The position numbers and the translations under genes are program-made. Below the pieces are notes generated by a model, which ran no database searches, had not been told where the DNA came from, and saw only the letters and a program-made list of their open reading frames with translations. A DNA stretch of 64,000 nt from positions 137,962 to 201,961 of the forward strand of contig JAJYKS010000001.1 in assembly GCA_021788365.1 (NCBI GenBank), in the 5' to 3' direction. The DNA is from a bacterium (lineage in GTDB: Bacteria; Patescibacteriota; Microgenomatia; UBA1400; UBA12108). This document shows, piece by piece, positions 29,253 to 39,903 of this stretch; positions within the stretch are counted from its first letter, which is position 1, and each line of letters begins with the position of its first letter.

Positions 29253-30425
29253 CTATTTTGATATATTAGATTGACGATCCTTCCTGAATAACAATCCATA
29301 TAGATAAATTACCGGGAGTGAAAGTATTGTCAAAATAACCAAAGCTTTGGGAGGACCCATGATATCAGCCATTCCACCCAAGAATATGCTCATAACGGTA
29401 AACCCGAGGCTACCACCAAGTGAATTAAGCGAACTCATGGTTGCTCTTTCATGATCGCTAAATTCTTTTTGCATAAGAGTTTTTTCCGATACTGACCCAA
29501 CTCCATACAATAGTGATGGTGCAGCCAAGATTATTGGGGAAAGAACTGTCGGGAACCCGTAAGCGAATAGGCTTACTACTCTGCCAAAAATGCTATCGAA
29601 TAAGAGTATTCTTATTTCTTTGAATTTTCGAATCAGCTTGCCACTAAAAAAGTAACTAAGAGATGCCCCAAAACTTGGTAAGGTTCTAGCTATACCAATT
29701 GCCCAAAGTGGCCAGACGATAGCGGTAAAAGCAGAAGAAAATTCCCATTTGATTTCATTTATGGAATACTCCCAGATAGAAGCTAAACTTAGAAGTCGAA
29801 GTTTCTCATTATGAATAAATAGTCTAAAAGCATTATCAATATGAGCGTAGATATTGGAACTCGTGTGAGTGCGTGGGCGTGGATCAATAAATTGATAGCT
29901 AATATAAAGCGCCGCAATTCCTAAGATAACTGATATCCACAACAAGTAGTGAAATGAGAAACTTGCAACAATTCCTCCAAGGATTGCTGATAATCCCATG
30001 GCGAGTTGTTCGGTTGAACTAACTTTACCCTGATATCCATGGAACTCGCTTTCCAGATGATTATCGGCCAGAGTGTCATAGAGAAAGGCATCGTTGTTGC
30101 CACTGTATAGTGACCGGGATAGACCTTCGAAAATAGCGCCGATGACTAGCCACCAATATGAGGAGCCCACTGCATAAAATATTAAAGCTATAACACGTGA
30201 CCAGGATCCAAGGATAATTGTGACTTTGCGACCAACACGATCAGACCAGATACCAGTTGGTATTTCAAATAAGGCAGAGGTAAGCGTAGTAATACCGAAA
30301 ATCGATGCCCCTAACGCAAAAGAACCAGAGACTCGTGAAAAATAGATGATAGCAAGAGGAGCAAAAAGACTAAATCCAGTAAGGAAGTTGAAAATTGAAA
30401 GTAAATGAACATTTTTCCGGTACAT
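29253..30425 (-). CDS. MFS transporter (putative exporter of the cluster)
   Basis: FEIPTGIWSDRVGRK, SGNNDAFLYDTL, ERATMSSL. Confidence 0.9.
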   Translation of the reverse strand: MYRKNVHLLSIFNFLTGFSLFAPLAIIYFSRVSGSFALGASIFGITTLTSALFEIPTGIWSDRVGRKVTIILGSWSRVIALIFYAVGSSYWWLVIGAIFEGLSRSLYSGNNDAFLYDTLADNHLESEFHGYQGKVSSTEQLAMGLSAILGGIVASFSFHYLLWISVILGIAALYISYQFIDPRPRTHTSSNIYAHIDNAFRLFIHNEKLRLLSLASIWEYSINEIKWEFSSAFTAIVWPLWAIGIARTLPSFGASLSYFFSGKLIRKFKEIRILLFDSIFGRVVSLFAYGFPTVLSPIILAAPSLLYGVGSVSEKTLMQKEFSDHERATMSSLNSLGGSLGFTVMSIFLGGMADIMGPPKALVILTILSLPVIYLYGLLFRKDRQSNISK

Positions 30426-30467
30426 ATGAAAAGTATATATGGATCAGTGCCTAGTTCGTCTAGGAAA

Positions 30468-31238
30468 CTAGAGCTGTATTTTATTGTTATTAAATTTCTC
30501 TAAGATCTTGATTTCGTTTGACCATATCTCATTTATATTTGGTCCTTTATATAGAATTTCTTGAACCATTTGCAGCATAGGATTATTCTGGTTCGACAAG
30601 TTGAGGTCCAATTTCAGGTTATCTCTTGTAATATATTTATTCATTAAGTCACATCTGACAATTTCTCCTGTCGACATATATAGCAGTAGCTCTCGCTTAG
30701 GATCGCTTGAATATCCCACTTCTATGTCCCACGGAATATTTTTCCCTGATACTAAGTAGAAATACAGATCCACTTCATGTATACCAAGGTCGAAAACTGG
30801 ACCTTCTAAATTAGCTCTATTGGGTTGGAAGCCGAATCTACTACTTCGTATTTTCGAAACGTGGGAAAGATCGACGTTCTTTTTGATAAATGAGACTACT
30901 GGATTATATCTTTCAAGGGTAGATTGGTATAGGATTTTCCCTCTCTCCTCAGCTAAGTTTTCAAGGTTGAGAGATTTATTAACCGATAGACATATAGGTT
31001 TTTCAACAAGTACATTGTAATCACTTTCTAATAAGGTTTTGGCAATGGAGAAATGTGTTTCTGATGGGGTAGAGACGATAACAAGATCAACTGCTGGATG
31101 CATTGAGACAAAGTCTTCTACTGATCTGAAATATGCTTTGTTAGCTATCGAAACAACGTCCACTATGTAATCAGCCGAAATGGCCTTATCATAGTATTTC
31201 CCCATTTTCCCATAACCAATAATGGCGAATTTGGACAT
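30468..31238 (-). CDS. Gfo/Idh/MocA NAD-dependent oxidoreductase
   Basis: IIGYGKMG, STPSETH, VLVEKP, ERYNP, DLGIHEVD. Confidence 0.85.
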   Translation of the reverse strand: MSKFAIIGYGKMGKYYDKAISADYIVDVVSIANKAYFRSVEDFVSMHPAVDLVIVSTPSETHFSIAKTLLESDYNVLVEKPICLSVNKSLNLENLAEERGKILYQSTLERYNPVVSFIKKNVDLSHVSKIRSSRFGFQPNRANLEGPVFDLGIHEVDLYFYLVSGKNIPWDIEVGYSSDPKRELLLYMSTGEIVRCDLMNKYITRDNLKLDLNLSNQNNPMLQMVQEILYKGPNINEIWSNEIKILEKFNNNKIQL

Positions 31239-31239
31239 A

Positions 31240-32301
31240 TTATTCTGCCTCCAAAAATGAAGTGAGTGTTGATGATGCTTTTTCCCAAGTGAGGTCTCTA
31301 CTTAACTGGACATTATTTTTTCCCATGGATTCTCTATTTTCATAGGCCATTGCTATACCATTCCTCCACGAATCAATATTTTTATCAACCAGGGATCCGT
31401 TGATACCATCTTTTAATAACCACCCTATTCTTCCCTTCCCCATAACTATTGGTTTACCTACTGCTAGATATTCGCTAACAGCAATTGGACTACAGTCTAC
31501 TGACACTGGGAACACTAAGACATCAGCAATGTTGGTGTAATTGGGTACTTCCAGCAATGGCACTGCACCTGTCTTTATAACTTGAGGTAAATCTGGCAGA
31601 CTAGCTAGTAGAGGTCCATCACCTACAATAAACAGGAGTTGGTTCTCGTCTATTGAAGAAATAATCAATCTAATATCTTCGTACCATTTACTTAATTTAC
31701 CCGTATAAACTAAAATTTGCTTTTGTTCAAAGCTTATATTGTATTTCTTGGCATATTTTAGCTTTAGTAATTTAATCTTTTCATCTGAATATTTGTAGAA
31801 AATATTTTCATCATATCCATTAGGAATAATTACTGTCTTATTTGTTCTGAGACCTTCTCGTTTAAGTGCTTCAAGCATGGTTGGTGATTGTGTGATTACT
31901 TTTGTTGCTATCTTAATTATGGATTCAAAACCTTTTTTTAATAAGAAATATCTTTCATCTGCTCCAAATTCTGTTAAATACATTTCTTCGTACCAATCAA
32001 TGCAATCAAAAACTATTGGGATCTTAATTGTTGGATTTATCAGAAGTGCACTAAGTGGATTGTCTATCAAAATATAATCATATTGGTGTTTTTGTAGATG
32101 CTGATTTAATTTTTCCTGCTCTATCGATACGTCCGAAATATTGTTTAGTATCTTATGTCTTAAGAATTCGACCCTACACTTACCATCCAAGTGTTGAAGT
32201 AAAAATTGCTCCCTTTGTGGGAAGCCCTGAAAGTACCTTGGCGAAAAATGCTGAATACTTTGTGCGTATACCTTATCACCGACTTTTAGTATCCTTTTCA
32301 T
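31240..32301 (-). CDS. GT-B glycosyltransferase (family 4-like)
   Basis: IPNGYD, VYTGKL, IVGDGP, EYLAVGKPIV; ATGA overlap with the upstream gene. Confidence 0.85.
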   Translation of the reverse strand: MKRILKVGDKVYAQSIQHFSPRYFQGFPQREQFLLQHLDGKCRVEFLRHKILNNISDVSIEQEKLNQHLQKHQYDYILIDNPLSALLINPTIKIPIVFDCIDWYEEMYLTEFGADERYFLLKKGFESIIKIATKVITQSPTMLEALKREGLRTNKTVIIPNGYDENIFYKYSDEKIKLLKLKYAKKYNISFEQKQILVYTGKLSKWYEDIRLIISSIDENQLLFIVGDGPLLASLPDLPQVIKTGAVPLLEVPNYTNIADVLVFPVSVDCSPIAVSEYLAVGKPIVMGKGRIGWLLKDGINGSLVDKNIDSWRNGIAMAYENRESMGKNNVQLSRDLTWEKASSTLTSFLEAE

Positions 32302-33293
32302 GCAAACCATTCTTCAAGAGCATTTCTAATTTTTTTCACTTCTCGGTCAGTTAGATTCCATCGATTAGGTACACTAACTATTCTAGACGTCCAATCTGTG
32401 TAATACTTCCTTTCGTTTATAGGAAGAATGTCGTCACCGTAATATACGAGTGTGGCAATCCCCTTCTTCTCCATATACTGCCTAAACTTGTCTCTTTTCT
32501 CTATCAGGAGATTAAACACGGAGTATATATGTCTATCTCCTTTATGTTCGGCCAAGAATGGCTGTATCGTAGGGATTACTTGAAGATATTCCCTGGAAAT
32601 ATCTCGTTGTATCTTAATCCTATCTTCATAGTGAGAGAGCTCGTGTAAAAGGAATTCTGCCTTAATTTCGTCCATTCTTAAATTTAAAGCGATGTTCTCT
32701 GTCATTTTTCCATCTTCTCGTCCGGATTGAATAAAGACTTTCATTTTTTGATACAACTCTTCGTCGTTCGTAACAATGGCTCCTCCATGACCGCATGTAT
32801 GAAGCGACTTGGTAGGGTAGAAACTGTAACAACCCACCACCCCGATAGTACCCACTTTCACCCCTTGAATCTCAGCGCCAAAAGCCTGACAAGCATCTTC
32901 TATTAACACGTTTTTGTCAATTTTGTTGACAAGCCGATTTGGTTGACCATACAAATGAACTAGAGTACTTACGGTTGATGGATCAATAGATATCTTTTGT
33001 TCGAGGATATTTTTGCGATATTTAATTTTGTAGCCTAGTAAACGTGCGGGTTGGTAAGTGGCAGGAAAAGTGTAAGGATCAACTATTAATCTTGAATACT
33101 TTTCTCTTAAGGCCCAATATGCTGCAAGTAGTGAAGATGTCCCGTTATTTGTAAGTAAGACATACTTCACATTTAGATATTCTTTGAGTTTTTCCTCCAG
33201 GTTTCTTATCATGATCCCATCAACCCAGTTGCCGGAATTGTACACTTGGCTCTTATAATCAGAATTTAGTAGGTATATCGGTATATTGTCCAT
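32298..33293 (-). CDS. DegT/DnrJ/EryC1/StrS PLP aminotransferase
   Basis: NGTSSL, VHLYGQ, IEDACQAFG, SFYPTK (PLP lysine), NLRMDE. Confidence 0.9.
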   Translation of the reverse strand: MDNIPIYLLNSDYKSQVYNSGNWVDGIMIRNLEEKLKEYLNVKYVLLTNNGTSSLLAAYWALREKYSRLIVDPYTFPATYQPARLLGYKIKYRKNILEQKISIDPSTVSTLVHLYGQPNRLVNKIDKNVLIEDACQAFGAEIQGVKVGTIGVVGCYSFYPTKSLHTCGHGGAIVTNDEELYQKMKVFIQSGREDGKMTENIALNLRMDEIKAEFLLHELSHYEDRIKIQRDISREYLQVIPTIQPFLAEHKGDRHIYSVFNLLIEKRDKFRQYMEKKGIATLVYYGDDILPINERKYYTDWTSRIVSVPNRWNLTDREVKKIRNALEEWFA

Positions 33294-33294
33294 A

Positions 33295-34020
33295 TCATTC
33301 TTCTAAAATAGTTGTGAGCAGCTTAGTTCCCGATGCAGAAATAGGTGTATATGAACTGACCTGGAAGGCCTCGCCGTAGGAAGCTCCCGCAGTATTGCCT
33401 CTCAACGCAAGGCAGCTTTTAATTTTAGACATTAGCCAGTCTTGGCTAGTTTTATGTTCATCTTTAACAGATGCATAACAACTGAAAGCAGCCAACTTAT
33501 TCGCTACGTTCTCACTCGATATTGCAGATATAACTTGAGATTCAAAAGGAGTTGTCATTTCTAGATCGACTTCTCCTTGTAGAATTACTGTTGCACTCCA
33601 TTGAGTTTCCCCACCACATAGTTTGCAGCCACTTTGAAAGTTTGCTTCGGGAATTACTTCCCCTAGAGTACGATGGTCAATATGTTTATCTTTTATGTGA
33701 TGCGTAATTATCAAATCTGGTTTGACCCTTCTAATTTCGCCCATAGTGGCCTGAATTAACCTCCCTTTATCTTTTTGTAGTTCCATATCCACAAAATCTA
33801 GAAAATTTACCTGAAATCCCAATAACTTACTACTAGCTTTCCCCTCTAATTTTGTTCGTAAAATTCGAACTTTTTGTTTTTCGGATGCAAAATAAGCTTG
33901 ATCGTTGTTGGTAAAAAAGCTGACATGAACTTCATGATTTTTCTTAACCAGTTTATCAATCGTTCCTCCGCAAAGGATCGTTTCGTCATCTGGGTGCGCT
34001 AGTAATGCCAGGATTTTCAT
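33295..34020 (-). CDS. PIG-L family N-acetyl deacetylase
   Basis: AHPDDE, HIDH. Confidence 0.88.
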   Translation of the reverse strand: MKILALLAHPDDETILCGGTIDKLVKKNHEVHVSFFTNNDQAYFASEKQKVRILRTKLEGKASSKLLGFQVNFLDFVDMELQKDKGRLIQATMGEIRRVKPDLIITHHIKDKHIDHRTLGEVIPEANFQSGCKLCGGETQWSATVILQGEVDLEMTTPFESQVISAISSENVANKLAAFSCYASVKDEHKTSQDWLMSKIKSCLALRGNTAGASYGEAFQVSSYTPISASGTKLLTTILEE

Positions 34021-34029
34021 TTTGGTCTT

Positions 34030-34749
34030 TTATACCTTTCTTTTAGCTCCCCAGATATCACAATGAAGTCTGCCAAGAAGACGATATCCTTTGACCTTTA
34101 CTGTTTCCACTACTTTTTGAGCATTTTCAGATACCTCTAAAGATGTTTTCCCCTGAGGCATGATAATAATTTTGTCTATGTTAAGTTTGAGTGGCTTGAT
34201 AAAATCATTTTCGATTTCATCTAAGTCATTAGTGTTGTTAACCACAAACTTAAAAATAGAATTTGCTTTATTAATCGCTCTTAAAACATTTTCATTTATT
34301 CTGGCTTGACGGAGATTCCCTGAATTCTCTAACTTGGGAGAACAATTAAACTGACAACGTTCAAGAAGGTATTCTGATGGCATGACTGTCCCGTTCGTTT
34401 CAATTTCTACTGTCCAATCTGGCATTAACTTAATTAACGTTTCAATACTACTTTTCTGTAACAATGGCTCTCCACCGGTAATTACAAGACGTTTCTCGAC
34501 TTTTTTATTTGTACATGTCCATGCAGTAATTATTCTTTCTTTAGTTTCCTCAATACTCCATTTTTGCTTTTCATTCCAGAATTCTGGTAATTTGGCATCC
34601 CAGGCGTAGCGCGTATCACACCAAATACATTTCAAATTACATACACACAACCGCAAGAAACATGCGGGCTTACCCATCGAGATTCCTTCACCCTGGATTG
34701 TATAGAAGACGCCGTCGCCTGATACATTAAAATAGTCGTTATTTAGCAT
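34030..34749 (-). CDS. queE: 7-carboxy-7-deazaguanine synthase (radical SAM)
   Basis: FYTIQGEG, RL..CNLKCIWCDT, ITGGEPLLQ, IETNGT, CSPKL, RLH..IWG. Confidence 0.92.
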   Translation of the reverse strand: MLNNDYFNVSGDGVFYTIQGEGISMGKPACFLRLCVCNLKCIWCDTRYAWDAKLPEFWNEKQKWSIEETKERIITAWTCTNKKVEKRLVITGGEPLLQKSSIETLIKLMPDWTVEIETNGTVMPSEYLLERCQFNCSPKLENSGNLRQARINENVLRAINKANSIFKFVVNNTNDLDEIENDFIKPLKLNIDKIIIMPQGKTSLEVSENAQKVVETVKVKGYRLLGRLHCDIWGAKRKV

Positions 34750-35179
34750 AACTAGCCTTACTTGTGGGAGTTTCCCAGATAGTTACCTCTGATAACTTAA
34801 GACCTGTACCAAAATTATCTTTAAACTTTGCTGCTAGCTTTTTATATATCCAATACGCAATTCTTTCCGCAGTTGGGATAAAGGGTACCGATAGATTTTT
34901 TAAAAGCGGGTTGGTTTTAAAAAAGCTAGCCATTACTTGGTCTTTTTCCCAATACATGAACGAGTGATCGCAAATATTAATAATCTCTTCTTGGAGAATG
35001 GTTTTGATTTCACCAAAATCCATTACCATATCCTCACTAGATTCGTTTGATTTATTAATTAACGAACCTTCTAGGCAAATTTCTGCCCTATACCTATGGC
35101 CGTGAACATTTTTGCATTGTGATTTATGATTTGGGATGCGGTGGCCCATATCCCATTCGACTATTTTATATACCTTCAT
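34739..35179 (-). CDS. queD: 6-carboxy-5,6,7,8-tetrahydropterin synthase
   Basis: GHRIPNHKSQCKNVHGHRY, MDFG, PTAE, WETPTS. Confidence 0.92.
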   Translation of the reverse strand: MKVYKIVEWDMGHRIPNHKSQCKNVHGHRYRAEICLEGSLINKSNESSEDMVMDFGEIKTILQEEIINICDHSFMYWEKDQVMASFFKTNPLLKNLSVPFIPTAERIAYWIYKKLAAKFKDNFGTGLKLSEVTIWETPTSKASYAK

Positions 35180-35747
35180 GGCTTTTGGCCTCGCTTGACG
35201 TATCAACCTGATGCATAAATTGCATAACAAGGCTTTTGTCTTTATTAAATACACCCGTCTTTATCAAGGTTCTCATCTGACTAGATCCATTTTTTACGCC
35301 GCGCATGCTCATGCATAGATGCTTAGCTTTGCAATAAACGATTACGCCTTTAGTTCTAAGGTTCTTTTGGATTGTTTCAGCTATTTGTTTGGTTAAACGC
35401 TCCTGTAACTGTAATCTGTGGGAAAATATCCCTACTAATCTGGCAAACTTGGATAAACCTAGAACTTTTTTGTCTGGAATATAGCCGATATGAATCTTTC
35501 CATAAAATGGCAGCAGGTGATGTTCGCAGAGGCTATAAAAGTCTATATTTGAGACTACTACCATTCCGTCATAGTCGTCGCTTTTAAAACATTTGAAAAT
35601 ACTTTTAGGATCTAAGTTATAACCATCAAGTAGTTCGGCATACATTTTAGCGACACGCCTGGGTGTTTCCAACAAACCCTCTCTATTAGGATTTTCACCT
35701 ATTTCTGATAACAATTGCCTAGTAATATCCTCTATTCTTGCTGTCAT
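35166..35747 (-). CDS. folE: GTP cyclohydrolase I
   Basis: REGLLETPRRVA, SLCEHHLLPF, GLSK, QLQERLT, HLCMSMRGV. Confidence 0.95.
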   Translation of the reverse strand: MTARIEDITRQLLSEIGENPNREGLLETPRRVAKMYAELLDGYNLDPKSIFKCFKSDDYDGMVVVSNIDFYSLCEHHLLPFYGKIHIGYIPDKKVLGLSKFARLVGIFSHRLQLQERLTKQIAETIQKNLRTKGVIVYCKAKHLCMSMRGVKNGSSQMRTLIKTGVFNKDKSLVMQFMHQVDTSSEAKSHEGI

Positions 35748-35853
35748 ATTTAATAACTATTATTACGACTGCATAATTCTACTATAGGTTTCCAGGCAGG
35801 TAAAGAGCGTCACCAGGGGTGGTTTCGGAGTAACATTTATTAAATAAATTTCT

Positions 35854-36693
35854 CTATTTTGCAGATTTTTCATATTCATATCCAGATAAGTAGAACATTC
35901 TCCAAAAAGCAATAAACAAAGCAGTATCCCATCCATATTTCTCCATAGCCGTTTGATAGTATTCTTTTGCACCCTCAGTAAAATAACCCGTCTGGATTTG
36001 ATTCCATAGATCTGGGCATTTATTTCCCACTCTTTCGATTTGTGCCTCACTTCTGCCGAATTGGAACGCCGTTCTTAATTCGTGCTTTAAATCTATGGGG
36101 TCATGGTAAATGACTGCCTCTTGGGACACAAAGATGGGTACGCCGGCAGCCTTAATTTTTTGATCTAGATATCCATCATCACCAAATCTTACTTCGGGGT
36201 GGTATATATTACCCTCTTCTCCGATAACATCTATGAGCTCTCTCCGCTTTAACCCAAGTCCTGGTGAATATGATTTTGGTTCATAACGATTTTCGTGTGT
36301 CCTGGAATTGCTGATCAATTTACTAACCCTACTACCATCGTTAAGAAATATAACAGTTGGCTGAACTACCAAGTTACCCATCTTCAAGGATTGATTGATT
36401 ATTGCGATGGCGCCAGGTGCAAAAACAGAGTCGCTGTCCATGACAATAATATCGTTATGAGTTGATTCTTTGATCCCAGCTTCTGCAGCAATACTCCAAT
36501 TTCCATACCTGTGAGGGGCGACTTTAATACCTCTTATTTCATCTATAAAATCAGCGTCGTCTGCTACACTTGCCACAACCTCAACGGGCACATCTATAGA
36601 ATCCATACACCGGAGAAGTCCTTCTCTACTTCTTCCACATCTAATGACAACAGAGAGATCAGTTTTTTGATTTAAACCATTTTCAAATTTCAT
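35854..36693 (-). CDS. GT-A glycosyltransferase (family 2-like)
   Basis: LSVVI, DxD motif MDSDS, GDDG, VIYHD. Confidence 0.75.
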   Translation of the reverse strand: MKFENGLNQKTDLSVVIRCGRSREGLLRCMDSIDVPVEVVASVADDADFIDEIRGIKVAPHRYGNWSIAAEAGIKESTHNDIIVMDSDSVFAPGAIAIINQSLKMGNLVVQPTVIFLNDGSRVSKLISNSRTHENRYEPKSYSPGLGLKRRELIDVIGEEGNIYHPEVRFGDDGYLDQKIKAAGVPIFVSQEAVIYHDPIDLKHELRTAFQFGRSEAQIERVGNKCPDLWNQIQTGYFTEGAKEYYQTAMEKYGWDTALFIAFWRMFYLSGYEYEKSAK

Positions 36694-36781
36694 ATTGCTT
36701 ACTTTAAGCCCTATATTTGTAGGCATTTTACTACTATAAGTCATTCTAGTCAAAAAAAATATTAGTAGTAAAATATGCTCT

Positions 36782-37981
36782 ATGCTATCTCAAGAGAAGA
36801 ATATTCCTCTAGAATATCATGGTAGAAGTATAGGCGCGGCTGACTATGTTGCCGCAGTTTCTGCGGAAAATGTTCACAATATTATTGGACCTCATAATGT
36901 TTTGTTACAAGTCAATTATGGATGCTATCTTCATTGTGAGATGTGTGATCGCCATAAATGGGTAAAGGAAGGGGTCCCCGTAGATGAAACGATGACAACA
37001 AACCAGCTGTTGGGATTGGTTGATGAGCTTTCGGCCATGGGAACCAGGCGAATTACAATTGTTGGAACAGAACCCGTCATGAGGAAAGATTTGACTCTTA
37101 TGCTCGGGAGAATCAGAGAGAATAATATAAAACCAGAATTATATACGGCCGGTATAGTACTATCAGATGAGTTGATTGAGTCGATATTGTTAACATCAAC
37201 AGATGTGGCATTTTCTTTAGATGGTTTTAATGAGAATAGCCATAATCGCATAAGAGTCCCAAATAATGAGTTCAATGCCTATGCGCGGACACTAGGTTCG
37301 ATAGAGCGGTTAACAAAAGCAAGGGCGGCAAAAAATATTAGCCAAGAAAACGTTAGAATAACGGCAAATTTCACCATTCAACGGAATAACATTAGTGATT
37401 TAGCGCTAGTAACACCAGAACAAATTGATTTATGCGGTTTAGACGTTTTGCGGATGTCTGTGGTACACGGTGAGGGTAGCTATGCTTTAGTAAGTGAAGA
37501 CATACCGATAATATTAGAGTTTATGCAAAGGATGAAAGCGAATTCATCGCGTACTGAAATATCATTTTCAAATGCATTGGAATATCTTGCTAACAATTCG
37601 CTTACCCCCCAAGATTTTAATGTAAATACTCTTATTCCTTCACGAATCGCTGATGGCACTAATAAATTAAAGTGCCACATCGCAGAATACAGTACGATGA
37701 TTGATCCGAAAGGAGATGTCCGTCCTTGCCTGTATTTGTATGACGATAACGGTTCGTTTGACTCAAGTGATCGAGATCAGTTTGTGATGGGAAACGTAAA
37801 AAATGATTCGTTTAGAGCAATTTGGAATGGTGAAGCATATACCACTTTTAGAAGGTCAAAGGAATACCCGGATTTGAAGAGTGGCAGTCGTTGTCGTACA
37901 TGCGAATACACTGATCAGTTTGAAGAGATGGATCAAATAATTGCCTTATCAAAAATTAACGATATTCAGATTGGTTGGTAA
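36782..37981 (+). CDS. Radical SAM enzyme with SPASM/twitch domain
   Basis: CYLHCEMC, GTEP, C-terminal C..IDPKGDVRPC..GNV..IWNG..CRTC. Confidence 0.88.
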   Translation: MLSQEKNIPLEYHGRSIGAADYVAAVSAENVHNIIGPHNVLLQVNYGCYLHCEMCDRHKWVKEGVPVDETMTTNQLLGLVDELSAMGTRRITIVGTEPVMRKDLTLMLGRIRENNIKPELYTAGIVLSDELIESILLTSTDVAFSLDGFNENSHNRIRVPNNEFNAYARTLGSIERLTKARAAKNISQENVRITANFTIQRNNISDLALVTPEQIDLCGLDVLRMSVVHGEGSYALVSEDIPIILEFMQRMKANSSRTEISFSNALEYLANNSLTPQDFNVNTLIPSRIADGTNKLKCHIAEYSTMIDPKGDVRPCLYLYDDNGSFDSSDRDQFVMGNVKNDSFRAIWNGEAYTTFRRSKEYPDLKSGSRCRTCEYTDQFEEMDQIIALSKINDIQIGW

Positions 37982-37983
37982 AT

Positions 37984-39168
37984 ATGTTAATCGAAGGCAT
38001 ACACTCGTTTCACATTAACGAATCAGGGGCGCCCACAGGAGGAGCCGAACGTTATTTAATAGCGCTTCATCAGGAATTACAGGCTTCTGGAAATCCCGCA
38101 ATATTGATATACGGCCGTAATGAGCCTGGGACTTATCTTCCGCCTGATGGTTCTACAATTGTAGAAGGAATTGATTTGGCAGATGAGCCAGAATCTTCAA
38201 GAGCTGGGTTCCTACAGCTATTAAAACATAATAAACCTGATTTAATTCACTTTCATAATCTAAATAACACCTCCCTTATTTCTCAGATGTCTACTACTCA
38301 AACAACGGTAAGGACAGTACATGATTCTAGATTATTTTGTCCAATGGAGTTCAGAATGAAGAATAATGGAGAATTATGTAATGAAGCGGCAGGATTAAAC
38401 TGTCTTGCTTGTATGAGTGATTTCCAAATGGATAATGACGAATCCATTACGAGATTAAAACAAACGATGCAAGAAATTGAAGCTACAAAACAAGTGTCAA
38501 TTCTTGTAACTCCAAGCAATTATATTAGGGAGCAACTAATTCTTAATCAAGTTGACGACTCTAAGATCATAGTTATACCTCCATTCTTATTAAACGAGAT
38601 AGATACTTCATCTTCACATATGGAGAAAGAAACAACCGATGTTCTTTTTGTAGGAAGAATTGTTAGATCAAAGGGACTTCATCTCTTACTCGAAAGTTTG
38701 GTAGAGTTGCCGAATGATACAACTTTAACCATCGTTGGAGATGGACCTGATTTGAATAACAATATCGAACTATCTAGACGATTAAAATTAGGTAACAGGG
38801 TAAGCTTTGTTGGATGGGCAAATTCTAACCAGTTGAGCCACTATTATCGTCGATCCAAGGTATTAGCAGTTCCATCGATGGGTCCTGAAGCGTTTGGGTT
38901 AGTTGGATTAGAAGCTATGGCAGAGGGAAAACCAGTCGTGGCTTTTGACTCTGGTGGAATTAACCAATGGTTAGTTGATGGCATTAATGGATATTTGGTT
39001 TCTAGGGGCAATGTAGAAGATCTGACTGACAAAATTGGTCGACTAATTAATAATCAGGACTTGAGAAATAGTTTTGGCCATAATGGATTATCCATGATAC
39101 ATGAAACTTTTAATCGGAAAGCTCATGTTGATAGACTTCTTACTATATACCAATCAATACTCACCTAG
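37984..39168 (+). CDS. GT-B glycosyltransferase (family 4)
   Basis: GGAERY, FVGRIVRSKG, VGDGP, EAFGLVGLEAMAEGKPVV. Confidence 0.92.
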   Translation: MLIEGIHSFHINESGAPTGGAERYLIALHQELQASGNPAILIYGRNEPGTYLPPDGSTIVEGIDLADEPESSRAGFLQLLKHNKPDLIHFHNLNNTSLISQMSTTQTTVRTVHDSRLFCPMEFRMKNNGELCNEAAGLNCLACMSDFQMDNDESITRLKQTMQEIEATKQVSILVTPSNYIREQLILNQVDDSKIIVIPPFLLNEIDTSSSHMEKETTDVLFVGRIVRSKGLHLLLESLVELPNDTTLTIVGDGPDLNNNIELSRRLKLGNRVSFVGWANSNQLSHYYRRSKVLAVPSMGPEAFGLVGLEAMAEGKPVVAFDSGGINQWLVDGINGYLVSRGNVEDLTDKIGRLINNQDLRNSFGHNGLSMIHETFNRKAHVDRLLTIYQSILT

Positions 39169-39182
39169 TATAAAATTAGATC

Positions 39183-39902
39183 ATGAGAAAAGATTATTCT
39201 TTGGTCGCTAAGGAAGTTGGTAAAGAATACGAGTCTCACCCTAACTTAATCGGTATTTTGTGGATTGGCTCCTCTTCTTTTGGGATAACTGATCGCTTTG
39301 CAGATATTGATATTCGTTTATTAATTGATAAATCAAATAAACAATTCCCAATGCAACAATTTGTTAGACATGGAATCAATATTGAAGTAGACGAAATAAG
39401 TTGGGATTGGTTGATGAAAAATCATGCCATTGATAGTGAAGAGCGCTGGATAAGAGAGAAAGGGGTTGTCCTATATGATCCTCATAAGCGAATTGCTAAA
39501 AGATACACATTTTTGAAGAGAAAGATGAGGGTTTCAACCAACAGACAATTATGGGAAGAATTTAAGGATATTTTTTATAGTAACGACATTGAGAATTGTC
39601 TAAGGAGAGATGATATTGTTACCTCCACCCTTTATCTTAATAGAGGAATCGAAAAGATGCTTAAGTTTATCTTTTTGTTTAACGAGAAGCCCGTCCCACC
39701 GTTTAAATGGCGGTGGTATTTTGTACGTCAGGATAAAATTCTTCCATCAAAAATAACTGATTTAATGGAAGATATTATAAAAACTAGTGACTCTATAAAT
39801 AATAAATTGGAAAAATTAATTAGTATAGAAAGAGAGTTTCAAAAACTGATGATAGCAAAGGGATTTCCCAAAGAGCAGGTTATGGAGCATTGGCGGTTTT
39901 AA
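39183..39902 (+). CDS. Pol-beta-like nucleotidyltransferase with helical C-terminal domain
   Basis: GILWIGSS..G..D.FADIDI; C-terminal PPFKW. Confidence 0.65.
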   Translation: MRKDYSLVAKEVGKEYESHPNLIGILWIGSSSFGITDRFADIDIRLLIDKSNKQFPMQQFVRHGINIEVDEISWDWLMKNHAIDSEERWIREKGVVLYDPHKRIAKRYTFLKRKMRVSTNRQLWEEFKDIFYSNDIENCLRRDDIVTSTLYLNRGIEKMLKFIFLFNEKPVPPFKWRWYFVRQDKILPSKITDLMEDIIKTSDSINNKLEKLISIEREFQKLMIAKGFPKEQVMEHWRF

Positions 39903-39903
39903 A

